NCBI GenBank assembly: GCA_002189035.1
Contig: NEEC01000011.1
Location: forward strand, 2,108,001-2,172,000
Origin: Utricularia gibba
Taxonomy: Eukaryota > Plantae > Magnoliophyta
DNA length: 64,000 nt
Reading direction: 5' to 3'
Shown: positions 11,624-24,246 of the stretch, piece by piece
How the letters are laid out: every line of letters starts with the position of its first letter
Numbering within the stretch: the stretch's first letter is position 1
Translations under genes and position numbers: made by a program
Notes under the pieces: generated by a model
Told to the model about the DNA's origin: nothing
The model's database searches: none
What the model saw: only the letters and a program-made list of their open reading frames with translations

Positions 11624-14600
11624 TCATACATCAGGCAGCTTCATCAGCAGGTTGTCATACAGAATCCTGTCATCCCTTCCTGTGTTGCTCTCCAAGAGGG
11701 CACTTTGAACGAGCTCCTGATTCAGGAGGGGCGTCATTGAAGGAGTCAAGTGCACTGCAGTATTAACTAATGAAGAATGGATGTCGAAAAACGAACCTTG
11801 ACATCTCGGTGTGACAAGAATTTCCCCAAGTTGTGGAGGATCACCCTCAAATCTTCAACCTGGGGACAATGACACAAATGAGTTGAGAGATTGTGATCTG
11901 GCAAACATACACTCTCTTTCGGATAAACTGTATACACTCACCCGGATGTATCCAACACGATTTCTGTCAAAAAATCTGAAGGCCTGCAACAGTTCCTCAG
12001 AAGCCGCGTTCGTCCTTTTCACATCCAAATATGGCACGGAGTTCGTAGGTTCAACTTTATTGGTTATCTGAATACCAGCGGCTCCTGAACTTTGATGGGA
12101 AGTAGGCTGCAAATCGTTTGACACATTCTGAGCATCCTCACAAGCAGCATCATCAGAGGCATTTTCCTCGTCACAAATTGCCTGCAACAACCCCGTTAAC
12201 ATAATTAGCTATCTATATATGTGCATGACACTCTTAAAGGCACTCAGAACACTTATAACAGTTGTGGAACAACTTCCATCTTTTTGGGTATGAAAAGAAA
12301 CAACCACCAAGCGTGTGATTCAAGCTACTACCGATTCTCCCTCCTGAAATGAAACATCAAAAGTGCTACATATAGAGTTGAGTCCTGATTTGAACTTGCC
12401 TTGTTTATTTCACCTTCCACAAGATCAGCATCTTGCACTTCCTTCATTGGCTCTTCTTTGACTGGTTCTTCCTCCACTGGTTCCTCCTCCATTGGATCCT
12501 CCTCCACTGGCTCTTCTCCCTCTAGAACTTCCGCCACTGGCTCTTCTTCCTCTAGCACTTCCCCCACCGGCTCCTCTTCCTCTCGCTCTTCCTTAACGTG
12601 CGTCTCTGGCTCTTTGAGCTCCGGTTCTTCCTTAATGAGTCTGTTCTCTAAATTAGGTTCATCAACTTGATTAGCATCACCTTCATTCTTAATCATTGCA
12701 GTTTCATGCTGGGCAGCATCATCTATGACTGTTTCATTCTCATAAAGTTTATCAGAAATGCTTGACTCTGTCTTAATACGCTTCGCTGGTATATTCTGGT
12801 TGCTTTCTTTCTGTGAATTTTCCTCTCTCTGCCTCTTCTCCTGGTTTCTATTTGTTACAAACTTCACACGCAGTTTCTGTGAAAAACCATATCGGTGAAA
12901 GAGAGTGGCAAGGTGGAAAGTAGAAATGATGCTCCGAATAAATAGTTCAAGCCAACCTGAAGGAAAGTCAGTAGACGGCAGCCCATCTCAAACTGAAGCA
13001 TTTCGTAAAAGGATTCCGCAAATAATGAAACCTGAAAGTACGAGACCGTCAAATGCCATATTCATCAAAGAAACTCAACGAACGTCAGAAAACTACTAAA
13101 GAGCACTGCGAGCAAAGCTGGAAAAAAGGCAGGAGAGAACCTCAAAGGCTGACTCTTCTACATCATTGGCGTTGTGATCAAGCAATGAATCTAATGAGAG
13201 TGATAATGACTCAAGCTGCAGTAAAAAGCACAAATATATTGCTTCAACCTGACATTCAAACTTATACCATAAGAATAGGATACATCAGCAATCCTTAAAA
13301 CAAACCTTTGCATCCTTGCTGCACTTTGTCCGTAAAAAAATCCCCGGATGCTTAGGAGGTTCATCACTTTTCTTCTTTTCTTTTACTTTGGTTGCATTAC
13401 TTTTAGGTTCATTTTCAACGTTCTCTTTTGTTTCCTTTACTTCTTTCAGCACTTCTTTTTCCCTTGATTTCGGAGATAGATCACTTTGTGGTTCCTGTTC
13501 CTTGAAGTCATCAACAGCCTTAGCAGCCACCTGTTCATCTTCCTTCTCGCGGTCATTAGCAATCTGCCCTAAGTTTTTTTCAACATCTTCGGTGTGACCA
13601 CCCTCTCCCAGAACACTTTTTACCACCTGCGCTTGATCACCTCCACTTTCTTTAATATTATTATTTGTTGACACGGCCTTTTTCTTAGCAACCCTTTTAA
13701 CAACTTTCTTCTTCATGGTGATCTTGCTGCTACCTGCTGCGGCAGTTGGACTTACGTCCACAGGTTTGACCGATGCATTGCCTTCAACACTCATAGGTTC
13801 TTCCACAGGTGTTGCACCATCCTTCAAACATTCATCCTCCACCTGGGAGGATCAACCAACTTCTTTGAAGGCTTTTTCCTCAAAAAAGTTTTAATTGGCA
13901 AGGAATCCCTTGGAGAAACATCATTCTGTCCATCAAGTTCTGTACTGACACTCTTCCCTTCCACACTCTCTGGTTCATCATTTTGCTCAACCAGACATTG
14001 AGAAACTTCTTTCCTTTTAGCCACAATTTTCTTAACAATACGCCTAACTATTTTCTTCTTTCCCTGCTTGGACTCTACAGTCAACAGAGCTGAAGTTTTT
14101 TCTCCAACAACATTCTCTGGACATAGTTATCTGCGAGTTGAACTGCATCTGCATTTACAGCAGTGTCCTCTGCCTTCCCTTCAGAACTTAGATTTCCTTC
14201 ACCAACCACAGAAAATTTCTCCATTTTAGCATCACCTTGTGGCTGAACTGAAGGTTGACTCTTCAAATCCATCACTTCTGTGCTTCCACTCAAATGCTCT
14301 AGCTTATTATTATCTGAGACATGCAAATAGGTCAATACATATGTTAAGAGCATTACAACAGTCATGTAGCTTGTCACCTTTAAGATCTTCCTCCTCGATT
14401 CCAGTGATCTAGTTTGAAGAAAAACGTGGAAGTCAGAATATAAAGCTACAAAGCTGAGGAAACGTGGGATGCAAAAGAACCACAAAGGTAAGGACAAATT
14501 TAAGATGCACAAGGGCCATAACTTTTAATAAACAAGGATGAAAAATGACAAATAACAATTGGCGAGAAAAATACACAACTACACCCACACGTGCATGCAA

Positions 14601-17600
14601 GCAAAACAGGTTGTTTAAACCAGATAACAAAAGAAAAGCACCTTCAAGGCATGCACATGCTCCTGCTCTGAAGAAACCTTTTTGTAGTGAAGCCACTGCT
14701 CCCGCCATAAATCTAGAGAAGGAAGACATTCAGAGAGATCTGGAACGAAGAACACAGATACCTCCTTGTGACTGAAGAGCCCATCTTTTCCAATTCTGTC
14801 ATAATGAACCTGAAAATGAAAAAAAATATGAAAATGGGATGGTAGCTGAGCATTTGAAATGTAACCTCTACTCTTGTTCGACAAATAAAGTTTGATATAA
14901 GAAAACTAAAAGAAAGATATATATTTTTTGTTGGAAAAACTGTACAAAGATGTGAGAAAAATAACTGTGAAACCGTTCCACAATGAATCACGTTTGAAGC
15001 CAAGATTTATTTAACCAACACGAGTGCATCACTGTACGCAACATTAAACATTTATCAAAAAACTGGCATAACGTATCTATCACTTTTCCAACTTGCATAG
15101 TCAAGCGATCTCAAAAAATGGTAGCAGAAAAAATGAGAACCAAAACAATACCTCAAGAAACCTGTTCCAATGTCTACAGTTTCCCAAATCCAGATTAGCT
15201 ACATCCTTGGCATGCCTACAAAGAGGTTAGTTTAAACCAAAATACTAACAAATTATCACCAAAAAAATCCAGCGACAAAATAAACCTGATAGCAGTCCGA
15301 ACCAAAGATGAAGCATCCACCGAAGGATCACCACCATCAACAATGTCCCAGGGCCCCCAATTGCCATCAAGGAATTATTCTTTCTAAGAATAGCAAACCT
15401 TAGCATATTGCAGAAATGAGGAATTCGGTCATCAAAGGTTTTTTCACTTGATAGTTCTGAAAGAGCATTTTGGCTGAGCCCGCTAAGCAAAATGACCTGG
15501 AAGAGAAGGGAAGGTTGAAAACCTAGGACCCTCAAAATAATATAGAAAATTAAGGTTTTTTTCAATGGAAATATACAAAATTAAGATAACAAATTATTAT
15601 CTTGCGCAGAGTCTGATGCAAAATATAGGCAAATAAAAATACTGCAATTCATAACCATTAATCAGCAATAAGAAAAATCGATCAATTCGCAAACGTGCAA
15701 GGCAAAATTAATTGAAAAAAAGTATAGAATATAAATCCAGATAACACAAGCTTATGACTTGAAAGCGTGACATTACATCCTGAAAAGTGATACTTTGTAG
15801 TTTTTTAAACGCAGAATCTCAGAAATTTATAGCCAGATTACGATGCTCTTTTTCTTTTGCAACCAAAAAAAGCAGCATCTGAAGAAAAATCACAATCACT
15901 ATAAAAGAAAGACCTTAGCATTCCAAATGGTAGTTTGCTCCCTGTGCTTTGAAATGCTGGTTGAAAACTGAGCAGCATCCATCACCTTGGTGTCTACTTG
16001 TGCATCCCCGACGAATTCATGCTCAAAACTATCATGCATAAATGGTAGAAATTAGAGCAAAATATCTATGAAGGGACCCACATTTACCAATGAACTCAGG
16101 ACGCTAATAAGAAACTTCACACACTGATCTAGTCCACATTCTTCAGACTGTAATATACCAGAAAGTGAACCTTAACCACTAACATATAAATCAAGAGTTG
16201 CAAGTATGGTACCCCGTGAAACATAGAAAAAAAAAGAGAAACAGAGCAATATAAGAGAATAGATCTAACAGGCATACTAAATAGAAAAGGAGATAATACC
16301 TGACAGGGGTGTACAAAGAGAGCTTTCTCTCATTTCTTGGCCAGCATACAGCTACCTATTGTATTTGGTAATCTTTATTCAGTGTAAACTTGATGAAATA
16401 GCAAAATGCACACAGATTAAAATGACACCTTTGTGCACTCTGGAGATATGTAGAGGCGAGGATATCGCTTGTCCAAGGATAGATAATCCCTCTCAGCTTC
16501 GACAAAACTGAATGAGAAAACCTGCACATACAGAAAGATATATTACATGGTGCCTCCAAAATATGCTGATTTAAATCTTTCCCTAACCCCCACCCTTCAA
16601 AAGACAGATACATGGCATTAAAATAATTTATCAAAATACAATGCTCCATTTGCCACATAAAAGTGCTGCCCATGAATTCTGTCACTGTCAGCTTCATGCG
16701 GATTGTGTCAAGACAAGCGCTGAAATATCATATAATGATCCATAACATGATGAGGAGAGCGTGTGTCCAAATGAGAGCTCAAAGCGGGGGAACAAAGGGA
16801 AAACGAGTAAAAGGGATGAGTAAATTGGCAATGACAGAAGGCTGTCTGTAGCAGAATGAAGGCTCAAACGTGTACTGAAAGAGAGATATAAATGAGAATA
16901 GGGTAACAAGGAAGTGGACTAAAGATGGGAGAATCAAATCGAGATTATTTTACCTTGCATTCATATTCTCTCCTCTTTCCTTTAACAGGAGGACGAACCC
17001 TTCAGCAGTGCAAAATACGGTTAGAAAGGGTACAGGTTAGATAGCGTTTGACAAGCAGAACCAGAATAGGATGTAACTAATAGGATCCACCTATGCAGCA
17101 CTTCATGGCGAGGTGAATCTCCACGCAAAGGTCTGACATCTTTAACCAAAGAGGAACCTCGTCTCTCCCGTGAAACACGAGGGGGAGTTCGTTCAAGCTT
17201 CAATGGTAATCCCCGTTTTGGCTCACGGACCCTCTCCTTCTCCTTGCGCTCCCGTTCCCTTGCACGCTCTTTTTCACGCTCCCTCTCACGTTCTCTAGCA
17301 CGCTCTCGTTCTCGCTCCCTTTCACGTTCACGTTCTCGTTCACGCTCCCTTTCACGTTCACGCTCTCGTTCCCGCTCCCGCTCCCGCTCTTGCTCTCGTT
17401 CCCGCTCCCGTTCTCGTAAACGGTCCTTTTCTCTATCTCGATATTTTTCTCTTTCAGAAATGGTATCCCTATCCTTTCCTCTTCGATCCAGCTCCCAACC
17501 GTATGCTGATCTGTCATCTTTGCGACTAGCAGGTCCCAACACAGACGTTGGAAATTCTGGTTCACGCAATGCTCCATGAAGACCCTTCCCAGCCCCATAA

Positions 17601-19000
17601 TCTCTACCAGGGGGCAAGCTCACTCCATACCCAGGGTTGGAAGCACTTTGAGGGTAAATAAGGTTATCGACATTTCTCTGTGGAGCTGCACCCAAGATTG
17701 AGGAGGTATGTTGCAAGCTATATGATGGAGCACTTAACAATGCCATGCTATGAGATTCATGGTCACCCCTTCCACCATAAGCAATAGGATCTTGGGCAGG
17801 ATGACGAACAGAAGCCCTTGTTGCAAGATAATCAGCTTGTCTGCCATAAATTCGTTGCTATTTAGCCACTGTGAATTACCATCGAATGAAGCTGCATCTA
17901 GATTTTCTGGGTGCAAATCCACCACTAAACTTATAATATCCTTATATTATATCCTCAAGAAAATGTGACAAACACCACAGGAAACGAGAGTTGGAACATG
18001 TTGCGGCTGCTGCTGTTGTTTTATATTTGGAATTCTACCACAAATAGAATCAAACATAAACTATAAATACTGTTAAGGAAAACTCACCTAGCTCTGCCTT
18101 CAACGGAGGCTGACTGAAGAGCACGAGATTTCATCATTTCTTCTTGCCGAAGCACAGAGGAATTTTCTAAATGATCATACAGCTTAGACTGAAAAAACAA
18201 TGAAGCTTGAACAATTAGACGGATGAATCCATAATTAGGAAATGAAAAGCACATAGAAAATATCATCATTTAGTACCTGATTTTGCCTCCCGAAAGCAAT
18301 CGACTCTGAATATCTGCTAGTGGTTTCATTTGGTAAATCTCGCCCAAAAAATGCACCTTGGCGATCAGCATGTGGATGTCTGTCAACAGTTGGATATTCA
18401 GACATCCTCTCAGGGTAAAGCTGATCAACTTTAGGAGCATATGCACGACTTGAAGCTGAAGCATAATCATTTGCAGCAAATGAAGATGGCATTTGCATTG
18501 ACGACCCATAATTACTACGGCCGTCTAGTCCACTAGTTGCAGATGCCTTGGTACCTCTAGGCGAAACCTGTAAAAGTTAAAACCAACAAAAAACGAGGAC
18601 AAAGGTTGAAAAGGGTAATCTTACAGACCCGTTAATATACTACAAATTTCAATAAAAAACAGAAATCAACCTGCTGTGCAGCAGAGCCATACGCGGAACC
18701 ATACTGCCCTCCATAACGTTGGGGAGGAGGGGCCATAAGCGAAGGCATGTTAGCAGAATGACGCCCATGTACATGCGGCCTGTATCCTTGCGGTTCTGGC
18801 TCTGCATCAGGATGATTCGCTCCATGGAGGCCTGCGGCTCCAAACTAGAAGAAAAGCAACCCAAAATTTGTAATAAAAAATTTGCATCACCTTGAAGCGT
18901 CAACATAAGAAAATGAACTCACACTCTGTGGCGTGTATGGATTTTGCGCAGAGTAGGGTTTCTGTTGGCCGTATCCACTGCCTCCGCGCGAGGAATACAT
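11624..19000 (-). CDS. RSA1: CCAR1/DBC1-domain nuclear protein, RSA1/EMB1579-like (three apparent -1 frameshifts)
   Basis: ATG at 19000 (MYSSRGGSGYGQQ); NPGYGVSLPPGRDYG; RE dipeptide tract; ERDYLSLDKRYPRL; DBC1-type exons (WNAKVILLSG, CRHWNRFLE); C-terminal EF-hand-like QAFRFFDRNRVGYIR; stop at 11624-11626. Confidence 0.9.
12444..12590 (-). repeat. Coding minisatellite (15/30-nt units) encoding EEEPV/EEEEPVxEVL repeats in RSA1
   Basis: TCTTCCTCCACTGG-like units repeat on the + strand; translation EEEEPVGEVLEEEEPVAEVLEGEEPVEEDPMEEEPVEEEPVKEEPMKE. Confidence 0.85.
17240..17420 (-). repeat. Arg-Glu dipeptide hexamer repeat inside an RSA1 exon
   Basis: TCCCGC/TCACGT/TCTCGT hexamers on +; translates as (RE)n on -. 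Confidence 0.9.
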
Positions 19001-20475
19001 ATCAATTCAGAACGCAACAACGCTGACAGGAAATAACTACAAAAAAGGTCAGAAGAAATCGATCAAGGGCATAATCGATTCCGATTAGACCAGCCAGCAG
19101 ACGGTGACGATGGCGCGTACGTTGAAATCCGCCGGTCCGACAAAGTTATGGACGTTGTAATACGCCGTTCTGAACCCTGGAGGCTCGATGCGAAACCCAC
19201 GCTGGAGCACCATATATACTGGCATCCGGCGCGTAAATCCACTTTCCTGCGAGGTGTATTTGTGGTTTTCCCAAAGTACAGGGCTGTAATTGTAATATAC
19301 GTAAAACCATGGGTCAAAATCATATCAAAATATAGCTAAAAGTACAGGTGGGCTTCATGTTGAAGTCCACTAAACTACCCATGGGCTAATCAAGTAATTG
19401 AAATTAAAATAATTTTATGTAATTTTTATAAATATTAATCATTATTCATTTTTTATAAAATCAGAAAGTTAAATTTTATAAAATAATTTAATATAATTTT
19501 ATACTTATAATATTATAATTAATTTTATTCATATAAGTTTAAATGTTTATTTTATTTTATATAATCTGACGCATATATTTAAAATAGAAAACAAACTTCA
19601 CCAATCTTGATACAATTCATTCTATTTGAAATCATTTATGTTTTTTAAAAAATGGATAAATTATAAATCTGATATAATGTAAAATTTTCAATTTATGTAT
19701 AAAAAAATATATAAAGATGATCATTTTTCTAAATGATTCAAAAAAATATGAAATTGGTTTCCATTGCCTTTGCACCTAAGCTTACAAAAAATTTACATTC
19801 TATACATTTATGCACTTGTAGTTGCTCCAACGTCTCTCATGTTCCCATAACTGAACTAGTTGCAACACATGGTACAAATACTCAGTCGAACATACAGAAA
19901 TTAGATTCAGAAGAGTACCAAGCTGTACAGAAAAGAAAACTAGATTGTCACCAACGGTCTCTTAGGACTGAAGAAATACATTGTATTCACCTGTTTCTAG
20001 AATCCATATCTCATTGAAATGTGATGCATTGTTTATAAAGAAAAGTGAAAGAGTAATCTGAGCAGTGGATTGTCTCTAGATTGTGGAACTGCAGAGGAAA
20101 TAAGCCACCTCCAGTTGCTTCTTTTTATTGAAAAAATATAGTTCCCCTTAGATTCAAAAGAACACAGCAGCACAAATCATCACTGAAAAAAGCATGGATA
20201 AATCAAGCACCGAACTACATATTGTCATACAAACAACGTATGGTTATAGATGATATGAGATATCAGGTGCAGAACTGAATCCATCTCTGTTTCTAGGGAC
20301 TGTTAATGACTTTCACTGCAATGCTGCAAAAATTACCATGTCATCCCCTGCTGAAGAGATGAAGATGAGATGGATCCAGGATGTACAACGTGCCTGCTTG
20401 GTGCTAACTTTCATAGAAATAAGCTTTATACATACAGAGGCCAGATTTGTCTAAGATGATGTCCACAGATCCGTT

Positions 20476-22569
20476 TCATGGCTCATGCTTCAAGGATATC
20501 ACCACTGAAGAGATTATTACAATTCAGTTCCAACAGACCCACTACAAATGATAATGAAATATTTGATGAAGTAATTTATCGTTGAGATTTCACCAGTCCC
20601 ATGGAGATTGGTGAGGAAAATAAGGCCAAGTCAACTTTGGTTCAAAGGATGGAGTACTAAATTTAGTATAAATCAATGACATTTAGGAAGAATCAATGAA
20701 ACTCTCATAAGTTCAAGGTGGCAAAAAATACCTGTGATGCGGGTGGAAAAATACTATTCGCAAGTTCTTCATGTATGACTACAGGAAGAGGAGCCATTCG
20801 GCTCATGATTCCAGGCATATTTTTCATCCTGAATTATAAAACTCGAATAATTATACTAGAGATGAAATCCATTGAAGTATAAATTAGATTAACTTACTCG
20901 CTCAATATTTTACTCAAGTTGTTCTTTGTGCGAAAGAAAAGAATGATATTCTGCTGCAACTGTAAACAAGAATCATGACCAAGAATGAGTCTACTCTTTA
21001 CAAAGCAGGTGATCTGCAAATATTGTCACACTCACACTACAAGATGATATGATCCTTGACAACAACTCACTAAAACCAGTTATGTTTCATACTTAGACTA
21101 TTTTGAAATGTCATAGGCACTTGACAACACTAAAAAAGTTCGGTGAATCACATTATCGTAAAAACACTTCTAGCTACAAGGACTATGTGTCCTGGAACAT
21201 AAATGAGAATACCTTGAGTGATGAAAGGTTGGCAGAAATCTGGCTGAAGGCCTCATTATTTTCTTCTATAAGATGCTTAACAACACCACTTATTACTGCA
21301 GCAATACTGTTTGTATCCATTAAGTGTTTAAAACAGCATGTAAACAGGGCCAACATTCAATGAGAAAGAAATATATCTGGTTTAACAAGATGGAGATGAG
21401 ACAGACCTCCACAAAGTATGGAATCACAACGATCATGATTCTTTGTGGCAAAAGAAAGTGTGTTTACTGATGAAGCTGAGGCAATCCTATTTTTCAATGA
21501 TGATTCCACCAAAAGCTCCTACGCATAGCCTCCAAAATTTATCATTATATAATTAACATATAATCACCACGTACACTGAAACTCTCGATGTGATGGGCAT
21601 ATCAACGTCACCAAAATTGATATAAGAAAAAAAATATCTAACCTTCTTATATTTAACTTTTTTCTCAAGGATTTGATTTTGGTCTTCTCTTTTCCTCCTC
21701 TTTCTCTAAGAAACAACAATGACTGTTACTGATCATAAGGCTTGTAATTCACACTACTAGAGACACAATGTAAAATGCGTTACACTAAAAAATCATCGTG
21801 TCACACGAATCTAAAGTATTACACATGAAAACTGAAAAAAAAAAATGGAGACCAATAGCAAGTTCAAGAGAGTAGGATGTTACCCCCATCCATTTACACC
21901 GAAGGGCAACATCTCTGACGCTCTTCTTCGGCATTGACGCTGCAATCTTTATGTAGCGCATTATATTGGTCTCATTCGCATACCTGGGGAAATTAAAAGA
22001 CAGAATATAAAAAATCGAAAAAAGAACGACAAGTGCACTCAACTCAGTGACAGAAATGGTGAGAACTACTTACTGTAACTTCATAAGAAGAAAACACCAT
22101 ACTAAACAAGGGGAACTTTTTTTTTTTTTTTTATCCTGAGTGAATTGCTTAAGAATGTAAAAAAGGGGCCTTTGTCAGGTTGCAGATATGGAAGTCGGCA
22201 TTCCATTGGTTTGAACAATATTTTTGAGTAACTCATGAATCAGTACCCAAATTACCCATAACCAGGAAAAGATACCAACTTGGTCAGTCCCTCGTCCAAC
22301 TTGTATTGCTCATCAAGAGACCACTCAATTGCGAGTCCAGTGCCATGCTTCAGCCTCGGAACAGAATCGAGAAGAAGAGACGAAGCAGTGTCAATAGAAC
22401 TCTGCGACACCCCGGGGGAGAACACGATTCTCCTGGCAGCACCAGTAGGAGTTGAGTTCCCGTCATAACTGGTGATCGGAAACAAATTACCGGCAGAAGC
22501 GGCGGTTGTGGTCGATCTGAAGAGCATCTCCGGCGGCGGGTGAAAGCGGGAAGCGGGATCTGTGGCCAT
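20476..22569 (-). CDS. DRIF: DRIF-type protein (atypical MYB + DUF3755; DIV-and-RAD-interacting factor family)
   Basis: ATG at 22569. MYB-like LKHGTGLAIEWSLDEQYKLDEGLTK/YANETNIMRYIKIAASMPKKSVRDVALRCKWM; DUF3755 exons VISGVVKHLIEENNEAFSQISANL, LQQNIILFFRTKNNL and MPGIMSRMAPLPVVIHEELANSI. The terminal exon and stop position are uncertain. Confidence 0.82.
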
Positions 22570-23298
22570 TGACGTAATTTTCCTGGAATGAATCGAGAGA
22601 AGAAACTGTGTTCATCAGCAAAGATCCCATCAGAGCAACAGAGAGAAACCAATTGACAATCGATTGGTTGGTGGACGAATTCAGCAGGCCATTCTGTATT
22701 TTTTTATTCCACCCTGCTCCATACAACATTTCTCATAAATATCCATCTCATGGCATATTTTATTATTTGCATGAAATTTACAATAAATCACAATATTTTA
22801 AAAAATAAATAAATCATGAATTACATTATTAATCATAGGAAAAATTAAATTCAAATAGTATACTTAGTTACCAAATATTTACTATTCATCTCAAAAAAAC
22901 TATTTATTATTGATTTCCATTATTTTAAAATCAAAAAAATTCTATCTTACTATTTTTCAGTATTACAAAATTGATTCTTATTATCAAATTTTAATTTTCA
23001 CTCTCAATTTTAACTCTTCCCACCACCATCCCATGCAATCATTGTCAATGGGGAGATCAGAAAGACAGTGGGAATCAATTTTATCAAATACAAAAATCAA
23101 ATATATCCGATTTTTAAATAATGAAGATCAATAATGTCTGATATTTAAATAATAGAAATAAAAAATTATTAAGAAATATAATAATAGAAAAATATTGTTA
23201 ATCGATATGTAAAATTTTGGAGATTGAATACATTCAATATCACAATGTGTACTGATTTTTTTTAATAACAAGAATAATGTATAACAATTATATATATC

Positions 23299-23971
23299 GA
23301 GATTAAATATGTTATTTTTATTAAATAATGGGGACTATGAGTATCATTTTTTAAATATTAGAAAAGTTTAAAAAAATTGAACATATATATATATATATTT
23401 AAAAAATTAAATGCATTTTTTGCATTAACTTTATCAAAACGTTCAATTCTTGAATTGTTCCGGTTTGAACCGCCGGCTGGCTAGCATGACCGGACAGCCG
23501 GTCCGGTGGGTTGGAAAAAATTTATGGGTTACCCATTTTTGGGAAAAATTCTTCTGAAGCTTTTACAGTAAATAGTTTTTGACTGTCCAGGACAGCGCCC
23601 TACATTTCCTTACAGTAGTACATTTTTGCATTAAGCTTTTACATTTTTGAGATTAAATATGTTATTTTTATTAAATAATGGGGACTATGAGTATCATTTT
23701 TTAAATATTAGAAAAGTTTAAAAAAATTGAACATATATATATATATATTTAAAAAATTAAATGCATTTTTTGCATTAACTTTATCAAAACGTTCAATTCT
23801 TGAATTGTTCCGGTTTGAACCGCCGGCTGGCTAGCATGACCGGACAGCCGGTCCGGTGGGTTGGAAAAAATTTATGGGTTACCCATTTTTGGGAAAAATT
23901 CTTCTGAAGCTTTTACAGTAAATAGTTTTTGACTGTCCAGGACAGCGCCCTACATTTCCTTACAGTAGTAC
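23299..23971. repeat. Perfect 323-bp direct tandem duplication (23299-23621 and 23649-23971) with a 27-bp spacer
   Basis: Line-by-line comparison shows identical copies, including the (TA)n tract and homopolymers; period 350 bp. Confidence 0.95.
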
Positions 23972-24246
23972 CTCGTTTTCATCGACGCCACCTTGAAATC
24001 ATCCTTACCCACGACCAGTGCTTGTACCGTTTTCTCTGCAGCTTGAGAAGAACTCTGAGGCGGGATCAAGATCTCATTTGTGCGACTCACAGGTATCCAG
24101 TTCTCTCGAAACCTGAATCCTGGCAATGCATTGACGAGAAAATTGAGACATTCGGAAGATTGATTGTTTTATATGATGTCTGATTTCGTAGTGGTTTGGT
24201 TAGGTTTGGAAACTTTGGATTTCCCTTGGGTGGATTTCGGGCTGCA

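Noticed and set aside
17244-17579. SR-protein-like (RS)n ORF on the + strand
   Set aside because: It is the reverse-complement shadow of the RSA1 (RE)n exon; there is no RRM and it starts at TTG.
21400-21520. Suspected frameshift in a DRIF internal exon
   Set aside because: Re-reading shows one open frame (ELLVESS...NHDRCDSILCG) with a correct phase-1 junction.
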